From a virus (taxonomy: Duplodnaviria > Caudoviricetes): 64,000 nucleotides of DNA. The stretch spans positions 1 through 64,000 of the IMG/VR virus record IMGVR_UViG_2595698914_000001. The stretch is one strand, 5' to 3'. Position 1 is the first letter of the stretch, and each line of letters opens with the position of its first letter. Both the position numbers and the translations under genes were made by a program. This document shows, piece after piece, positions 8,993 through 20,109 of this stretch. Below the pieces are notes generated by a model. The model was not told the DNA's origin. It saw only the letters and a list, made by a program, of their open reading frames with translations, and made no database searches.

Positions 8993-10312
8993 TTAGTCTT
9001 TAGAATGCGCTGAAAGAGATTTGTTAGCAAAATCTTTCTGCATTGTTGAAATCATCTTAGCTTGATTACAGAACTCAAGAGGTAATGTAATAAGTAGACG
9101 ACGACAAACTGAGAAGTATTCAGTAACAATCTTAACGCCTTCACGGTAAGCTGTACGCTTATCTGCTGATTCATCAGCATCAGGAGCATCTTTCTTCCAC
9201 TTGTCTAAAGCTTTAGAAGCTTTGTCGATTTTAGCTTCCGCTTTATCTAACGCTTTGTTACGCTTGATATTGATAAGAGAATCTAAAAGCTCGATGTTCG
9301 CATCAGCAATAACTTCGATAGTTGAAGCTGTAGCTAAGTCCATCTTAACTTTAGTTTTAGACTTTTGATCTTCTGTTAAGTCGCCAAAACCAAAACGGAA
9401 TGCTTTAAGACCTTCAAGACCAGAATACGCTTTATCACCTGCTTTACAGATATAGAAGCGAACACGACCAAGGAATGCTGCTGATTGCTTGCTACCGTCT
9501 TTTACGAATTTAACTGGAGCTTTATTTGAAACAGTTTCTTTGGCAATAACTTCAAGTTGATTAACTACAGCGCTAAGTTTCATTTCGTTTGTGAAAGAAA
9601 CACCAGACTTCATAGCACCAGCATCTGTAAGAAGAGCAGAAGGTTCAAGTTCAATAACATCGTAACCTAAAGTCTTTTCTTTGATGATTTCAGCTAGAGC
9701 TAAGTACTGACGAACGCCTTCAGCTAAATCGCCCGCAGCAACAACAGAATCTTCTTTAAAGAATGCATCAGAACCTTTTTCGAATTCATGCTTAGCGTTC
9801 TTTTCTAAAGAATGACCAGCTTGGTATTCTTTAGCAGATTCAAGGATTTTCATCCAAGATTTCTTAAGACGCTCAACATCGCCAAAGAACTTGTTAAAGT
9901 ACTTAGATACGAAAGTTTTAAATTCTTTCCACTTCTTCTGAATCCACTCAATCGCTTTGATTGCGTATTCTTTGATAGTAGAGAAAGCTTCAAGGCCAAC
10001 ATCAGAACCTTCAGATTCGATACCAGCTGTTTCTGAAACTGCTAGTTCTTCTGACATATCCATGTTAGCTAAAGCTTGAGCCATCATCACGCGAGCAAGC
10101 TTACGTGTAGAAGCGTCTTCAACACCAACCGCATCAAACGCAGCAGATACATCTAAAAGGTTTTCAAGGCGAGCACCAGCAGTATCTAAAGATTGACCGA
10201 TAGTTTGTAATTTTGATTGTACTTGTTCTGCAAGAGCACCTTCTGCATCGGCAGAAAGAACAGCAGCAACCGCTTGGTGAGATACACCAGTAATACCAGC
10301 TAAGATTGACAT
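8993..10312 (-). CDS. internal head/ejection protein (phiKZ gp93/95/97/162/163-type paralog family)
   Basis: Acidic propeptide ending VGLE|AF, then the amphipathic IKEYAIKAIEWIQKKWKEFKTFVSKYF helix typical of the family. Confidence 0.75.
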   Translation of the reverse strand: MSILAGITGVSHQAVAAVLSADAEGALAEQVQSKLQTIGQSLDTAGARLENLLDVSAAFDAVGVEDASTRKLARVMMAQALANMDMSEELAVSETAGIESEGSDVGLEAFSTIKEYAIKAIEWIQKKWKEFKTFVSKYFNKFFGDVERLKKSWMKILESAKEYQAGHSLEKNAKHEFEKGSDAFFKEDSVVAAGDLAEGVRQYLALAEIIKEKTLGYDVIELEPSALLTDAGAMKSGVSFTNEMKLSAVVNQLEVIAKETVSNKAPVKFVKDGSKQSAAFLGRVRFYICKAGDKAYSGLEGLKAFRFGFGDLTEDQKSKTKVKMDLATASTIEVIADANIELLDSLINIKRNKALDKAEAKIDKASKALDKWKKDAPDADESADKRTAYREGVKIVTEYFSVCRRLLITLPLEFCNQAKMISTMQKDFANKSLSAHSKD

Positions 10313-10390
10313 ATTTTTAATTCCTAAAAAATAAGAGAAAGTTTTACCTTAGCCTAAAAAGTTATTAACCTAATAGACTAAGGCTTAAAA

Positions 10391-10401
10391 ACATAATACT
10401 T
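10391..10401 (-). promoter_or_regulatory. putative late promoter AAGTATTATGT
   Basis: TATG core of phiKZ late promoters; identical 11-mer at 46368 and 48854; precedes a virion gene. Confidence 0.6.
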
Positions 10402-10422
10402 CTAAACTTGCGCTTAGTTATA

Positions 10423-11769
10423 TTAGATTGATTGTTCTGCTGCTTTAAGAGCCGCGTTTGCTACGTTAACAATGTGTGAAGTCCAAGATGCAACAGCACC
10501 ACCAGATACTTCTTTAAGAACACTTGTTGAAGCTTTAGACATTGCAGTTAATTCACCGCGATTAGCTTTATCTTCGTCTTCTAAAGATGTAGCATCTTTC
10601 TTAAGACCTTCAGCTGCTTTAGTAATGTCGTCTGCATACTTACGAGCATCTTGACGAGACTTACGTAGTTCTAAGATACCGTCTGCTAATTCAATAGCTT
10701 TATCAGCAATATCTTCAACGTCAGATTTAGATAGACGATCGATTGTTACATCTTTAGTGTCTTTCTTATCGTCTGAACCTTTAACTTTATAAGATACTTT
10801 AGCAAGTGCCTTATAGAAGTCAGCACGAGAAGCAGTTGTATCTTCTACTGTAACTTCACCAGCATCAGAAACTACAACAGTTTTATCGCCCATTACGTCT
10901 GCGCCAAATACAACACCTGTTGCTGGAACACTTGCAGCTAGATGAGTTGCGGCTAAGTACTTCTTAACATCATCTTTAGCACTAATAGTATCTGCTGCGC
11001 TCTTAAGTTTAGCTGCTGTACCATCTGCGCCATCCATTGCCTTTTCAAGAGCATCGGTTGTAGCTTCAACAACTTTACCGTGTGCACCGATGAAACCAGA
11101 AACCGAAGCTTCTACTTTAGTCATACCTGCTTTAATAGATGCAGCTGTTGGTTTAGAACCGCCAGTGTAAAGAGTTTTACCTTTGATGGTAATTTTCTTA
11201 TCTTCTTTGTCGTCGTTGTACTTTTCAGCACCAGACTTAACTTTTTCTGCGTAAGATTTTAACTTCTCAACAGAACCGAAGAATTTATCCCACCATGTGG
11301 CGAACATGTCTTTGATTTTCTTAAGAGTAGCGATGATGTAATCCCAAGCTTTAGCTAGGCCACCGTCTGCTGCTTCAAGACCTACACTTGTGTAGTTCTT
11401 CGCTGAGATTTTATCGCCGAATGATTCAAGAGCAGGCATTGCAATTAAATCTGCGCCAAGTTCTGCATTGATTTCATTTACTGAATCAGTTACAAAACCA
11501 GCTTCGCGTTGAGTTAGACCATCTACTGCAATGTTTTCTACACGAGAAACCATGTTAGTAAGACGTTGTTGAACGTTATGTAAACCTTCAAGGCGCTCAC
11601 AGTCAGCGTTGATTGATTGTAGTTCTAGTTCTGCTTCGCCAATTGCTACATCTGAGTGCATCATTGCTAGGCTGATTAATAGAGCTGTGCTTGCAGTCTT
11701 ACCTGCACTTTCGTTACCTACGTTAGCCGGAGTGTTACCTGCTAAACCTAATTGGTTAAGAATACCCAT
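10423..11769 (-). CDS. internal head/ejection protein, paralog of 8993..10312
   Basis: ALESF and VGLE|A sites, then AWDYIIATLKKIKDMFATWWDKFFGSVEKLK. Confidence 0.75.
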   Translation of the reverse strand: MGILNQLGLAGNTPANVGNESAGKTASTALLISLAMMHSDVAIGEAELELQSINADCERLEGLHNVQQRLTNMVSRVENIAVDGLTQREAGFVTDSVNEINAELGADLIAMPALESFGDKISAKNYTSVGLEAADGGLAKAWDYIIATLKKIKDMFATWWDKFFGSVEKLKSYAEKVKSGAEKYNDDKEDKKITIKGKTLYTGGSKPTAASIKAGMTKVEASVSGFIGAHGKVVEATTDALEKAMDGADGTAAKLKSAADTISAKDDVKKYLAATHLAASVPATGVVFGADVMGDKTVVVSDAGEVTVEDTTASRADFYKALAKVSYKVKGSDDKKDTKDVTIDRLSKSDVEDIADKAIELADGILELRKSRQDARKYADDITKAAEGLKKDATSLEDEDKANRGELTAMSKASTSVLKEVSGGAVASWTSHIVNVANAALKAAEQSI

Positions 11770-11818
11770 AGTTTACCTCTTAAAGTATTAAAGGAATTAA
11801 AAATTAATTTATTCGAAG

Positions 11819-12451
11819 TTAAAGACCTAACATGGTTTTATGACTACATATTAAGTCCTGTAATCCACCTTTCTGACGAATCCAAGCATTGAAGAACTCT
11901 TGACTTGTCATGTTTTCTATTTCTTTCCACTCAAATCGCTGTTTAACATTAAGCTCTGGAAACAGAATACCCTTAGGTGATTCATTACAACTTTCCGCAT
12001 AACTACGACTCATGTCTAATAGTATACGAGGATGTATGTCGCGTTTACCCGTTACAACAAAATTACAGGTATCGATTATTAGCTCACGTAAGAACGGTTG
12101 CCAACTTGCAATGTAAGAAAAGAAGTCAAGGCGCGAGGCACTATAACAGATGTCTTCCCTATAAGTTTTGTTTAATATGAAAGCTTCAAATGGTTTATCA
12201 CCAAAAATCGTACTAATACCACGGAAGTAGAAATTAGTTATGCCTAGTAAAGTAGTGTCGCACTTCTCAAATATTTTACCGTAATCTGAATCTAAATAGT
12301 TAGGTGCAGTCGGGTATGCTTTACTATCGTCATTAGACGTTACTAGAGAAGCAACAATATCTTTAGTGGTTTTAGCACTACGAAACGATTCGATTTCTGG
12401 GATAGCATCTAACTTACTATTTGCTAAAAATGTTTTAAAGTTAGACTTCAT
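11819..12451 (-). CDS. conserved phiKZ-like hypothetical/virion protein
   Basis: 210-aa ORF in the head-protein operon. Confidence 0.6.
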   Translation of the reverse strand: MKSNFKTFLANSKLDAIPEIESFRSAKTTKDIVASLVTSNDDSKAYPTAPNYLDSDYGKIFEKCDTTLLGITNFYFRGISTIFGDKPFEAFILNKTYREDICYSASRLDFFSYIASWQPFLRELIIDTCNFVVTGKRDIHPRILLDMSRSYAESCNESPKGILFPELNVKQRFEWKEIENMTSQEFFNAWIRQKGGLQDLICSHKTMLGL

Positions 12452-12454
12452 AAC

Positions 12455-13357
12455 TTACCCCATACGTTCTTTGATACGATTTATCTTAACACGTAGAGTT
12501 TGAATGTCGTCTTGGTAAATACCAATCTTACGTTCTAGTGCTGGATTATTACGACCTTCGCGAAGCAGTACTAGCTCTTGATGACGTAGTTCTAAGTACT
12601 CCATCTCCTTCTGTGCTTTCTCTAAGCGATAGAACTTAATCTCTGACCATAACTTCTGTGCAGTGAATGCATAAAAAGTAGGGTTAAAGATATTTAAAGG
12701 ATTGAAACCCGCTGGGTCAATCTTAACATTACCTTCGGTTGACTGAATGGTACTTAAGATTGTAGGGTCTACTTTAATATCTGGTAAGTCGTAAATCTTA
12801 CTAACTACTTCTTCTTTTTCTTTAGTTACAAAGAAACCAAGTAAAGATGCAATTGATGACAGTTTATCACCACCAAAGTTTTCATCTATATACTTAAGAG
12901 AAGAACGTTCAAGCTTATCACCACGAAGATGATATACTTCAGCTTCTTGGATAACTACCATAAGAGCACGCACTACTTCTAGGTAGTAGTCGGCTAATGT
13001 AATGAACTGAATGATTTGTGCTTCTTTAACATTTAAAGCTTCACGCATTACCGATTCAATATTATCGCTATCTAAAGACTTCTCAAGTAGAGCAGCTTCA
13101 CGAGCAATAACAGTTACACCAACTAACAACTTAGCAAAAAGTGTTTTAGCGGTAAGAGAACGATGGTAACGTTCAAGTTCTTTACTAAGTTCTTTACCTA
13201 CTGGAGATAATAACTTATTATCGAATGTATCTTTGAATCGTTCAAGGGCTGGCCCAATCTCTTCATCAGCAGATAACTTAATTCGATTTGTTTGATTTAG
13301 CAAAGTATCAGCACGGATAATGTTGATAAGTGCATTTTTAATTGTGGTTAATTGCAT
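12455..13357 (-). CDS. virion head protein (phiKZ gp90-like)
   Basis: Synteny; C-terminal coiled coil (YLELR...NPALERKI). Confidence 0.6.
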   Translation of the reverse strand: MQLTTIKNALINIIRADTLLNQTNRIKLSADEEIGPALERFKDTFDNKLLSPVGKELSKELERYHRSLTAKTLFAKLLVGVTVIAREAALLEKSLDSDNIESVMREALNVKEAQIIQFITLADYYLEVVRALMVVIQEAEVYHLRGDKLERSSLKYIDENFGGDKLSSIASLLGFFVTKEKEEVVSKIYDLPDIKVDPTILSTIQSTEGNVKIDPAGFNPLNIFNPTFYAFTAQKLWSEIKFYRLEKAQKEMEYLELRHQELVLLREGRNNPALERKIGIYQDDIQTLRVKINRIKERMG

Positions 13358-13384
13358 AACTAAAAGTTCCTGTATGTATCAGAC

Positions 13385-14431
13385 CTAACCTACTCGACCA
13401 CTAAGTAAGTCTTTAACTACTGGTGTTAAGTCATTACTAGAGTTCTTACTTGAACGCATCAAGCTACGGAATGTTTCAGTACTACCGTCTTTGAATCCAC
13501 GGTAATAAATATCAACAACTTCTTCTTCAATATTAACTACTGCTAATACCATAGTTGCTGTACCCTCAAAGAACTTAGCACGGTCACGAGGATTAGAAAT
13601 CTTACCACGAATGATTCGATTGACTGCTGCTTCGGTACGTGTATCAATGATTGTAACGCCACTAGCACGGTTAATTGGAATTTCACCTGTGATAGCTGCA
13701 TAACCCGCATCTTTCATTGCAGAAGTAAAGTGAGACTTAACTAGACCTTCTTTATCTGCTGCACGTACACGTTCTTGAGCTGCGATAATATCTGAACCAG
13801 ACAATGCTTCACCTAGAGTAATCTCTTCGCGAGAATACAACTTAATACGAGTTAACATATTAAAGTCTGCGTGGTTAGCTTTGAAGATATCACCAATAAC
13901 ATCACTAGGTACAATACGCGAACGGAAACGTATGCTAACTGGAATATCTAAACTTTCACGACCATTACTAACTTCTAACTTAACCAGTTTACCAACTGAC
14001 AAGCTATTGTTTTCTGTAATAGCAGTAAAGGCTTTATCACCCACTTTGATTCCGGCTTCTAAACCAAGAGATATAAAATTAGCCCCTTCTGATTCTGTAG
14101 CTGCTACTGCACTTAAGATATCTCTATCTGTTGCTAGTTTTTCTAGCGTACGGGTAACTTTAACAGCATCAATAGTAACTGCGTTTAAACGTGCTGCTAC
14201 TTGCACATACATACATGCGTAGCTTTCTAAAAGGCTCATTGTTAGGCTTTCAGTTACGTCAAGATGCACTAAACTTCCTTCAATTAAACAAGTAGGTTCT
14301 ACAGCAGTAGAACCTAAATATTCACTGATACTACTATTACGTGACGCTGAAACAGCTCTACCAATAGTACGTGCACCCTGAGCGAACTCACCAAATAAAC
14401 CAAATAGTCCAAGATTTGTACCTTTAGACAT
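13385..14431 (-). CDS. inner-body head protein (phiKZ gp89-like)
   Basis: SISEY..STAVEP.CLI and NSLSVGKLV motifs, GLE site, synteny. Confidence 0.65.
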   Translation of the reverse strand: MSKGTNLGLFGLFGEFAQGARTIGRAVSASRNSSISEYLGSTAVEPTCLIEGSLVHLDVTESLTMSLLESYACMYVQVAARLNAVTIDAVKVTRTLEKLATDRDILSAVAATESEGANFISLGLEAGIKVGDKAFTAITENNSLSVGKLVKLEVSNGRESLDIPVSIRFRSRIVPSDVIGDIFKANHADFNMLTRIKLYSREEITLGEALSGSDIIAAQERVRAADKEGLVKSHFTSAMKDAGYAAITGEIPINRASGVTIIDTRTEAAVNRIIRGKISNPRDRAKFFEGTATMVLAVVNIEEEVVDIYYRGFKDGSTETFRSLMRSSKNSSNDLTPVVKDLLSGRVG

Positions 14432-14487
14432 TTGCTTACTCCTTAAAACTCTATGTTAATCGATTATAAATTAGGGGAATCTTAGTT

Positions 14488-15636
14488 ATGGCAGGTAATC
14501 CATCTTACTATGACATAAATTTTAGTTCTGCTACCCGTGCAAACGGTGTAGGTAACAGAGAAACATCATTACATAATGTCATCCGAAGTAAGAACTGGGT
14601 TGGGGGTCCGCCTTCACTACCAGTTCTCAAAGAAAACACTGGTTTAGTTTTTATAGCTCCACCAGATTTAAATTTGCATCCGGCTAATATAGGACACATC
14701 CGAGAATTTAGCCCTTTATTAGTAGAAGACCCATATAGTTTAGGATCTACTATAAGAGACATGTTAGATCCGAGAGGTGCATGGACTAAACGTAACAGTA
14801 TGTTGAATGACCCACAGTACCCATTTTTAGGTATCTTAGACAATACTTTAACTAGTCTAGACGGTTGGCCAGATTACGTTATGGACGAGTTTGTAAGTAC
14901 TCCAGGTAGAGCTGGTTCTACATCTATAGCTGCTAGAGGTAGAGTTAAGAAGTTCCAGAAATTCGATTTATCTGCAACCCATATAAACTTACCGGGTGAT
15001 GCCATTAACCAAATTTATAGTTACTTAGCGCACTGGCAAGATAAAGTACATAGTTGGTCAGCATCTCCACATATGAAGAATGTTCAACATAACAGATTAG
15101 ACTACGCGATGCGTATTTATAGATTCGCCTTCGATTCTACTGGAACACGTGTTAATCAGTTTACTATGTCCGGCTATGGTTATCCTCGCTCTGCTAGTCA
15201 GGGTGCTGTAATGAACTATTCAACTGATAAACCAAACAATCAGGGATACGATACCATAAGCGCTAGTTGGTCATGTGTAGGTGCTTATCATAACGACCCA
15301 ATAGTACTATTATGTTTTAATCAGTTAGTTGAAAGGTTCAATCCGTTAATGAAAGACGGTATACGTGAACTAACATATGTTAAAGTTGGTACAGATACTA
15401 CTAGTAAAAGTTTAGCAGATGCAGCAACATTCCAATACCATGGTTATCCAAGAATAAATCTACAAACGTTAGAGTTTGAGATATGGGTTCCTAAGGCTAT
15501 ATTTAATTATCTTAAACAAGGCGCGATATCAGATGAGATACTTCTGGCTATTCAACGTAAACGTGATGATGATTTATATGCAGCCACTCAAGAATTAACT
15601 GATGCCGAATTAGAACTGTTATTCGGTCAATTATAA
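14488..15636 (+). CDS. virion structural protein (phiKZ gp88-like; tail tube/baseplate-related)
   Basis: GLVFIAPPDLNL, GWPD and RLDYAMRIYRF motifs; divergent from the gp89-like gene. Confidence 0.65.
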   Translation: MAGNPSYYDINFSSATRANGVGNRETSLHNVIRSKNWVGGPPSLPVLKENTGLVFIAPPDLNLHPANIGHIREFSPLLVEDPYSLGSTIRDMLDPRGAWTKRNSMLNDPQYPFLGILDNTLTSLDGWPDYVMDEFVSTPGRAGSTSIAARGRVKKFQKFDLSATHINLPGDAINQIYSYLAHWQDKVHSWSASPHMKNVQHNRLDYAMRIYRFAFDSTGTRVNQFTMSGYGYPRSASQGAVMNYSTDKPNNQGYDTISASWSCVGAYHNDPIVLLCFNQLVERFNPLMKDGIRELTYVKVGTDTTSKSLADAATFQYHGYPRINLQTLEFEIWVPKAIFNYLKQGAISDEILLAIQRKRDDDLYAATQELTDAELELLFGQL

Positions 15637-15651
15637 TTAAGAAGGTTTATT

Positions 15652-18534
15652 ATGGACTTTAAAAATTTAGAAACATTAATAGCTAAAAATAAGTTTGAAC
15701 CTGAACTTATATTTAGACAAAGCTTAGAGGCTATGGAAGATTCATTTATTCCTTCCACTGCTACGATGCCACTTGTTAGTCTATTAGAACATCAGGTTAT
15801 CTGTACAACAGTTAATAACTCTGAAATTGACTTAGTTAATAAATACCTTAATCCTAACTACGCGGATACTCATGAGTCTATAGCTAGACATTTAGACTAT
15901 AGAACTCTAAATACAATTCATGCTGAACCGACAAGTACCACGGTGACTTTAGGTTTAGGTGTTACCGATATTAATCGCTTTGGTATGACTTTAGCCAACG
16001 GTAATAAACGAGTAGTTATTCCTGAAAATACAATCATAACTTATCAAGATGATACTTACTTCGCATTACATCATGCTGTACAAATAACACTAATGGATAA
16101 TCAAACTATCGATGTAAATTACATTGATAATAATAATCCTTTAAAGGAATTAGATAACCCTGTTATAGAGATTAGTTACCTAAATCCAGATGATACTAAT
16201 AATGATTTTAGTAAGATGATTATTCAGTTACCATTAAAGGTTTATCAATTTAAACGTCAAACTTTTAATTATCCTATAAACCAGACTTTAGGCTTTAATA
16301 AGTCGTACACAGTAACAGACCAGTATTACCATGCTAGAGTATTTAGTCGTAGTGGTAATGATTGGATTGAACTAGATACATGTTTTAGTGAATTCATCTA
16401 TAGTTCCTACAGTAACTTAGCTACTGTAGTTGTAAAATTAGAAGGCAATCAATTAAACCTTCATATACCACAAATATACTTTAGTCGTGGTCTTATAGGT
16501 ACTGAAGTTAAAGTTGTATTAATGACCACCAAAGGTAATATTGAAGAAGACTACAAATTAAGTCTACCTTCTGATTGGGCGGTTGAGTTTACGAATGATG
16601 ATTACCGTTACGACTTACTCACAGCACCTCTAAGTAGTTTTGAAACAGTTTACGCTTACGGTACGGACATATTGGTAGGTGGTGCAGACATACCTACATT
16701 GGAAGAACTAAGAACGTTAGTAACTTCATCTGATGAAGGTGATGTTCCTATTACTAGGGCTAACTTAGGTAGACGTTTAGACGTATTAGGTTATTCATTG
16801 GTACATGAACTTAACTATCCGTCTGATAACGTTTATTTAGCTAGTAAGCGTTTAGACAATCTAACCTTAGAAACTTCTTCTGTGGTTATTGAGTCGGGTG
16901 GTTTAGATGTATTATTAAAGGATGTGGGTTCCATACATGGGTCTGTGTCTAATGGTAATAACTTTACTATAACCCCTAACGCTATTGCTAAGCTAGATAA
17001 TGGCGTAGTTAGTATGCTAACTAATAATGAGGTTGTTACTTTAGAAAGTATGAATACTGAAAACTTACTAAAGGAACTTAACACCAATCATTATCTTAAG
17101 ACTCCATTCTACTATCTAATTGAAGAACTAGATAACGAACATCTAGTTACAGTTTTTGATATGGATGATGTGGAGGTTGTATCTCGTGACTTCATAGGTA
17201 CTAACCAATACAATACGGGTCTAATTAGTACTAGTAATTATTCTTTAATTAAAACTGATACAGGTTATCGTTTAGATATAACTGCAATCACCAATGACAC
17301 GTTCCTAGGTTATGAGGACAACTCATTTATACCGCAATTAAAGGTTACTGATTCAAAAGGTAATTCTTACTCTATCAACGCAACGTTTACTGGTAGAGGT
17401 GAGTCAGGCGAGTTTAATTATTCATTTGACCTCAATAGTAACTACGGACTAAGTTACATAGGTACAATAGAAATTACCTCGTTACTAGGTATAAATGGCT
17501 CTTATAAAGCTAACCTAACGGATACGTTTAATCTAACTTATAACTTGGTTAAGAATTTACCCAGCGAAGAAGATTCGTTATATAAGAACTATACAGATGG
17601 TGCAAAGTTACCTTCGGAGTATCAAACTATAACGCTTGAGTCTTTTGATTTGAAGTTTGGTACAATACTTAACTCACTGTATACGCCAACTAAAACTTAC
17701 GCTGGTAATGTTCAGTATCAGACATATGAGAATGACCAGTTAGCTTATTATCCGGAAGATGTATATGAAACAGATAGCGATGGTTACTTAGTCTTTAATC
17801 CTAATCCAGATTATGAAACTGACGATACTCAGCCACCGATACTCTATAACAAGTTACATTCTGCTGGAGACCAGATGTTTGAAGAGGACGGAGTCACTCC
17901 TGTTTACTCAGCTAGAGCAGGTAATGTTATAACTGATGGTAATGGTATCCCTATTCCGATTAGTCGAGATAACTACCAATTACTTACTAAGTTAATATTA
18001 ATTGATTTTAAGTATAGTAAAGTCGGTACTTACATGCAGGATATTAAAGATTCTATTCTGTATGATATAGAAGATGATATTATACCTCTAGAAGAAAACA
18101 TGTTGGGTTTAGCGGAACTTAAATATAACTTAAGTAATAGTTTGGGTAAGGTACTTGTTAGATTTGATTCAGAAACCACAGCATCGCTTAGTAGTGGTAT
18201 GAGTTTTAATATTACAGTATTAGCGGACTCTGTTTCTTATAAGGATACATCACTTCGTAATCTTATAATATCTAACATCAATGAGACTATCAGTAATTAT
18301 GTTGTAGGTAATACATTTGCAACTAATGAACTAACTAGTCTTATCAATGATAAGATAGGGGATAGCGTTAAAGGATTTGATATTACATCGATTAATGGTA
18401 GAAGTGATATTATTAATTTTGAATTAGTAAATTCGACTGACCGTATAGGTGTGAAAGCGGAACTGACTCTAGGTTTAGATAATAAGGTTAAGTTAGAACC
18501 AAGTATTAATGTTCTATTCAAACTCTCACAATAG
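15652..18534 (+). CDS. baseplate wedge-like virion protein (phiKZ gp87-like)
   Basis: 960 aa; AEPTSTTVTL, TTKG and GGAD...EELR motifs reminiscent of T4 gp6/P2 J wedge proteins. Confidence 0.65.
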   Translation: MDFKNLETLIAKNKFEPELIFRQSLEAMEDSFIPSTATMPLVSLLEHQVICTTVNNSEIDLVNKYLNPNYADTHESIARHLDYRTLNTIHAEPTSTTVTLGLGVTDINRFGMTLANGNKRVVIPENTIITYQDDTYFALHHAVQITLMDNQTIDVNYIDNNNPLKELDNPVIEISYLNPDDTNNDFSKMIIQLPLKVYQFKRQTFNYPINQTLGFNKSYTVTDQYYHARVFSRSGNDWIELDTCFSEFIYSSYSNLATVVVKLEGNQLNLHIPQIYFSRGLIGTEVKVVLMTTKGNIEEDYKLSLPSDWAVEFTNDDYRYDLLTAPLSSFETVYAYGTDILVGGADIPTLEELRTLVTSSDEGDVPITRANLGRRLDVLGYSLVHELNYPSDNVYLASKRLDNLTLETSSVVIESGGLDVLLKDVGSIHGSVSNGNNFTITPNAIAKLDNGVVSMLTNNEVVTLESMNTENLLKELNTNHYLKTPFYYLIEELDNEHLVTVFDMDDVEVVSRDFIGTNQYNTGLISTSNYSLIKTDTGYRLDITAITNDTFLGYEDNSFIPQLKVTDSKGNSYSINATFTGRGESGEFNYSFDLNSNYGLSYIGTIEITSLLGINGSYKANLTDTFNLTYNLVKNLPSEEDSLYKNYTDGAKLPSEYQTITLESFDLKFGTILNSLYTPTKTYAGNVQYQTYENDQLAYYPEDVYETDSDGYLVFNPNPDYETDDTQPPILYNKLHSAGDQMFEEDGVTPVYSARAGNVITDGNGIPIPISRDNYQLLTKLILIDFKYSKVGTYMQDIKDSILYDIEDDIIPLEENMLGLAELKYNLSNSLGKVLVRFDSETTASLSSGMSFNITVLADSVSYKDTSLRNLIISNINETISNYVVGNTFATNELTSLINDKIGDSVKGFDITSINGRSDIINFELVNSTDRIGVKAELTLGLDNKVKLEPSINVLFKLSQ

Positions 18535-18543
18535 AGACGTATA

Positions 18544-18571
18544 TTAGGTAGGGCGAAAGCCCTACCTAATT
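18544..18571. terminator. bidirectional hairpin terminator
   Basis: ATTAGGTAGGGC-GAAA-GCCCTACCTAAT. Confidence 0.75.
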
Positions 18572-18582
18572 CATGTATAACT

Positions 18583-20103
18583 TTACACTTCTACTATTGT
18601 AGAGAATAAATCAGCAGAGCTAGTAACACCCGATGAACTGTTACCGGTGGTTATATTAATAACCTTAGCACCATTACCATCTACAATCTTATCGTAGTCC
18701 GCAGCCAACTTAGCAAGTATATCACAGGCTTCTGTAATAGTTGTTCCTTCAAAAGACTTAAGTCTGTCTAAGAAGTCCTTCTGTTGTTCTGTAGATAAAG
18801 CTTTATCATCTTTAACCATAGTGACAATCTTAGCTATGTCGCCAGAGAAGAATGTCTTAGCTGCATTATTTTTAACTTTAACTTGAATGCTTGCATACTT
18901 AAGATGAGCTTTCATAAGAGTAGTTAAACATTTACCAACTAGAGTATTAATATACTGAGCAGGGTAAACTACTTGATAGTTAAGGTATTTACGGATATAG
19001 AACTTAGTAGACTTACTACCTAATGTTGCAGGACCAAACTGACCTTTAACGCTATTACTAAATAAGTCTAACTTACCAGATTTAAATTCTTTCTGGTATT
19101 TCTGAAGACCTTTAAGTTCACCTTCCAAAGACTTAAAGTCTTTTTCTTCAACGCCAGCTTTAACATAACCATCATCAAGAATTAACTCGATTTCAGTTTT
19201 AGCAGTCAACTTAGATGAAAATATTTCAGATGCTCGGTAGTTACAGACTTGCTGAGAGCGAGCCATAATAGTACCATCTTTAAGTTCTTCACCATTACGG
19301 TCGCTAGTACTAACTGATGTTAAGTTTTCACCCATTACACTTTGCATAATATCGTAGGTGTTTTTAACAAGGTCAATAGTAATATTAGACAATGGCATAT
19401 CTTTAGACAGTTTTTCTAAAACATCTTTATTAGTTAAATCAGCATCACCTACTAACTTATTAAGGCGGTCTTGCAACTCACCACTGTTAGATAACTCACC
19501 AATAGTCTCCTTAAGGTCCTTAGTAGCATCCTTAGCAGCTTCATAAAGAGTAATTAGACTTTCACCAGTTAAGAACTTATCGCCTAGTGTGTGTAATGCT
19601 ACGACGTCTAAGTCACCTGACTTACTAGAACCTTTGGATTTAGCTAAGTCAACCTTAACTGTTTCTTTTGTATCAGATAACTCTAATGGTGTTTTACTAT
19701 TAGCTTTATCACCCGCAGAAGACAAAGAAGAACTAGAACCGAAAAAGTAACCGATGAACTTACCAACTATAAAAGCCAATAGTGCCACAAGAGCCGCAAT
19801 GATACCGCCAAGGACAATAGTCATCCAGTTAGCTTTACCTTCTGCTTCCAATGCTACACCCATACCGATAGAGCTACGCACTTCACTGTAATACTTTTCT
19901 TCAGCTTCAATAAGACCTAATTCATTTAAGGCCACAACATCCTTACGACAAATACCTTCCTGACGGATGGTATCAAAAAGACGTTCTACTTTAAGATGGG
20001 TCTGTTCTAAGTCTCTAAGCTCTAACGTATCATCCGATAGCGCCTTTAATTCAGATTCAATGGCTACATGTAACTCATTAATCTCTTCTAAAATCTTTTC
20101 CAT
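18583..20103 (-). CDS. virion head/ejection protein with TM-like segment (phiKZ gp85/86-like)
   Basis: Propeptide ending VALE, hydrophobic IVLGGIIAALVALLAFIVG, poly-Ser linker. Confidence 0.65.
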   Translation of the reverse strand: MEKILEEINELHVAIESELKALSDDTLELRDLEQTHLKVERLFDTIRQEGICRKDVVALNELGLIEAEEKYYSEVRSSIGMGVALEAEGKANWMTIVLGGIIAALVALLAFIVGKFIGYFFGSSSSLSSAGDKANSKTPLELSDTKETVKVDLAKSKGSSKSGDLDVVALHTLGDKFLTGESLITLYEAAKDATKDLKETIGELSNSGELQDRLNKLVGDADLTNKDVLEKLSKDMPLSNITIDLVKNTYDIMQSVMGENLTSVSTSDRNGEELKDGTIMARSQQVCNYRASEIFSSKLTAKTEIELILDDGYVKAGVEEKDFKSLEGELKGLQKYQKEFKSGKLDLFSNSVKGQFGPATLGSKSTKFYIRKYLNYQVVYPAQYINTLVGKCLTTLMKAHLKYASIQVKVKNNAAKTFFSGDIAKIVTMVKDDKALSTEQQKDFLDRLKSFEGTTITEACDILAKLAADYDKIVDGNGAKVINITTGNSSSGVTSSADLFSTIVEV

Positions 20104-20109
20104 TATAAG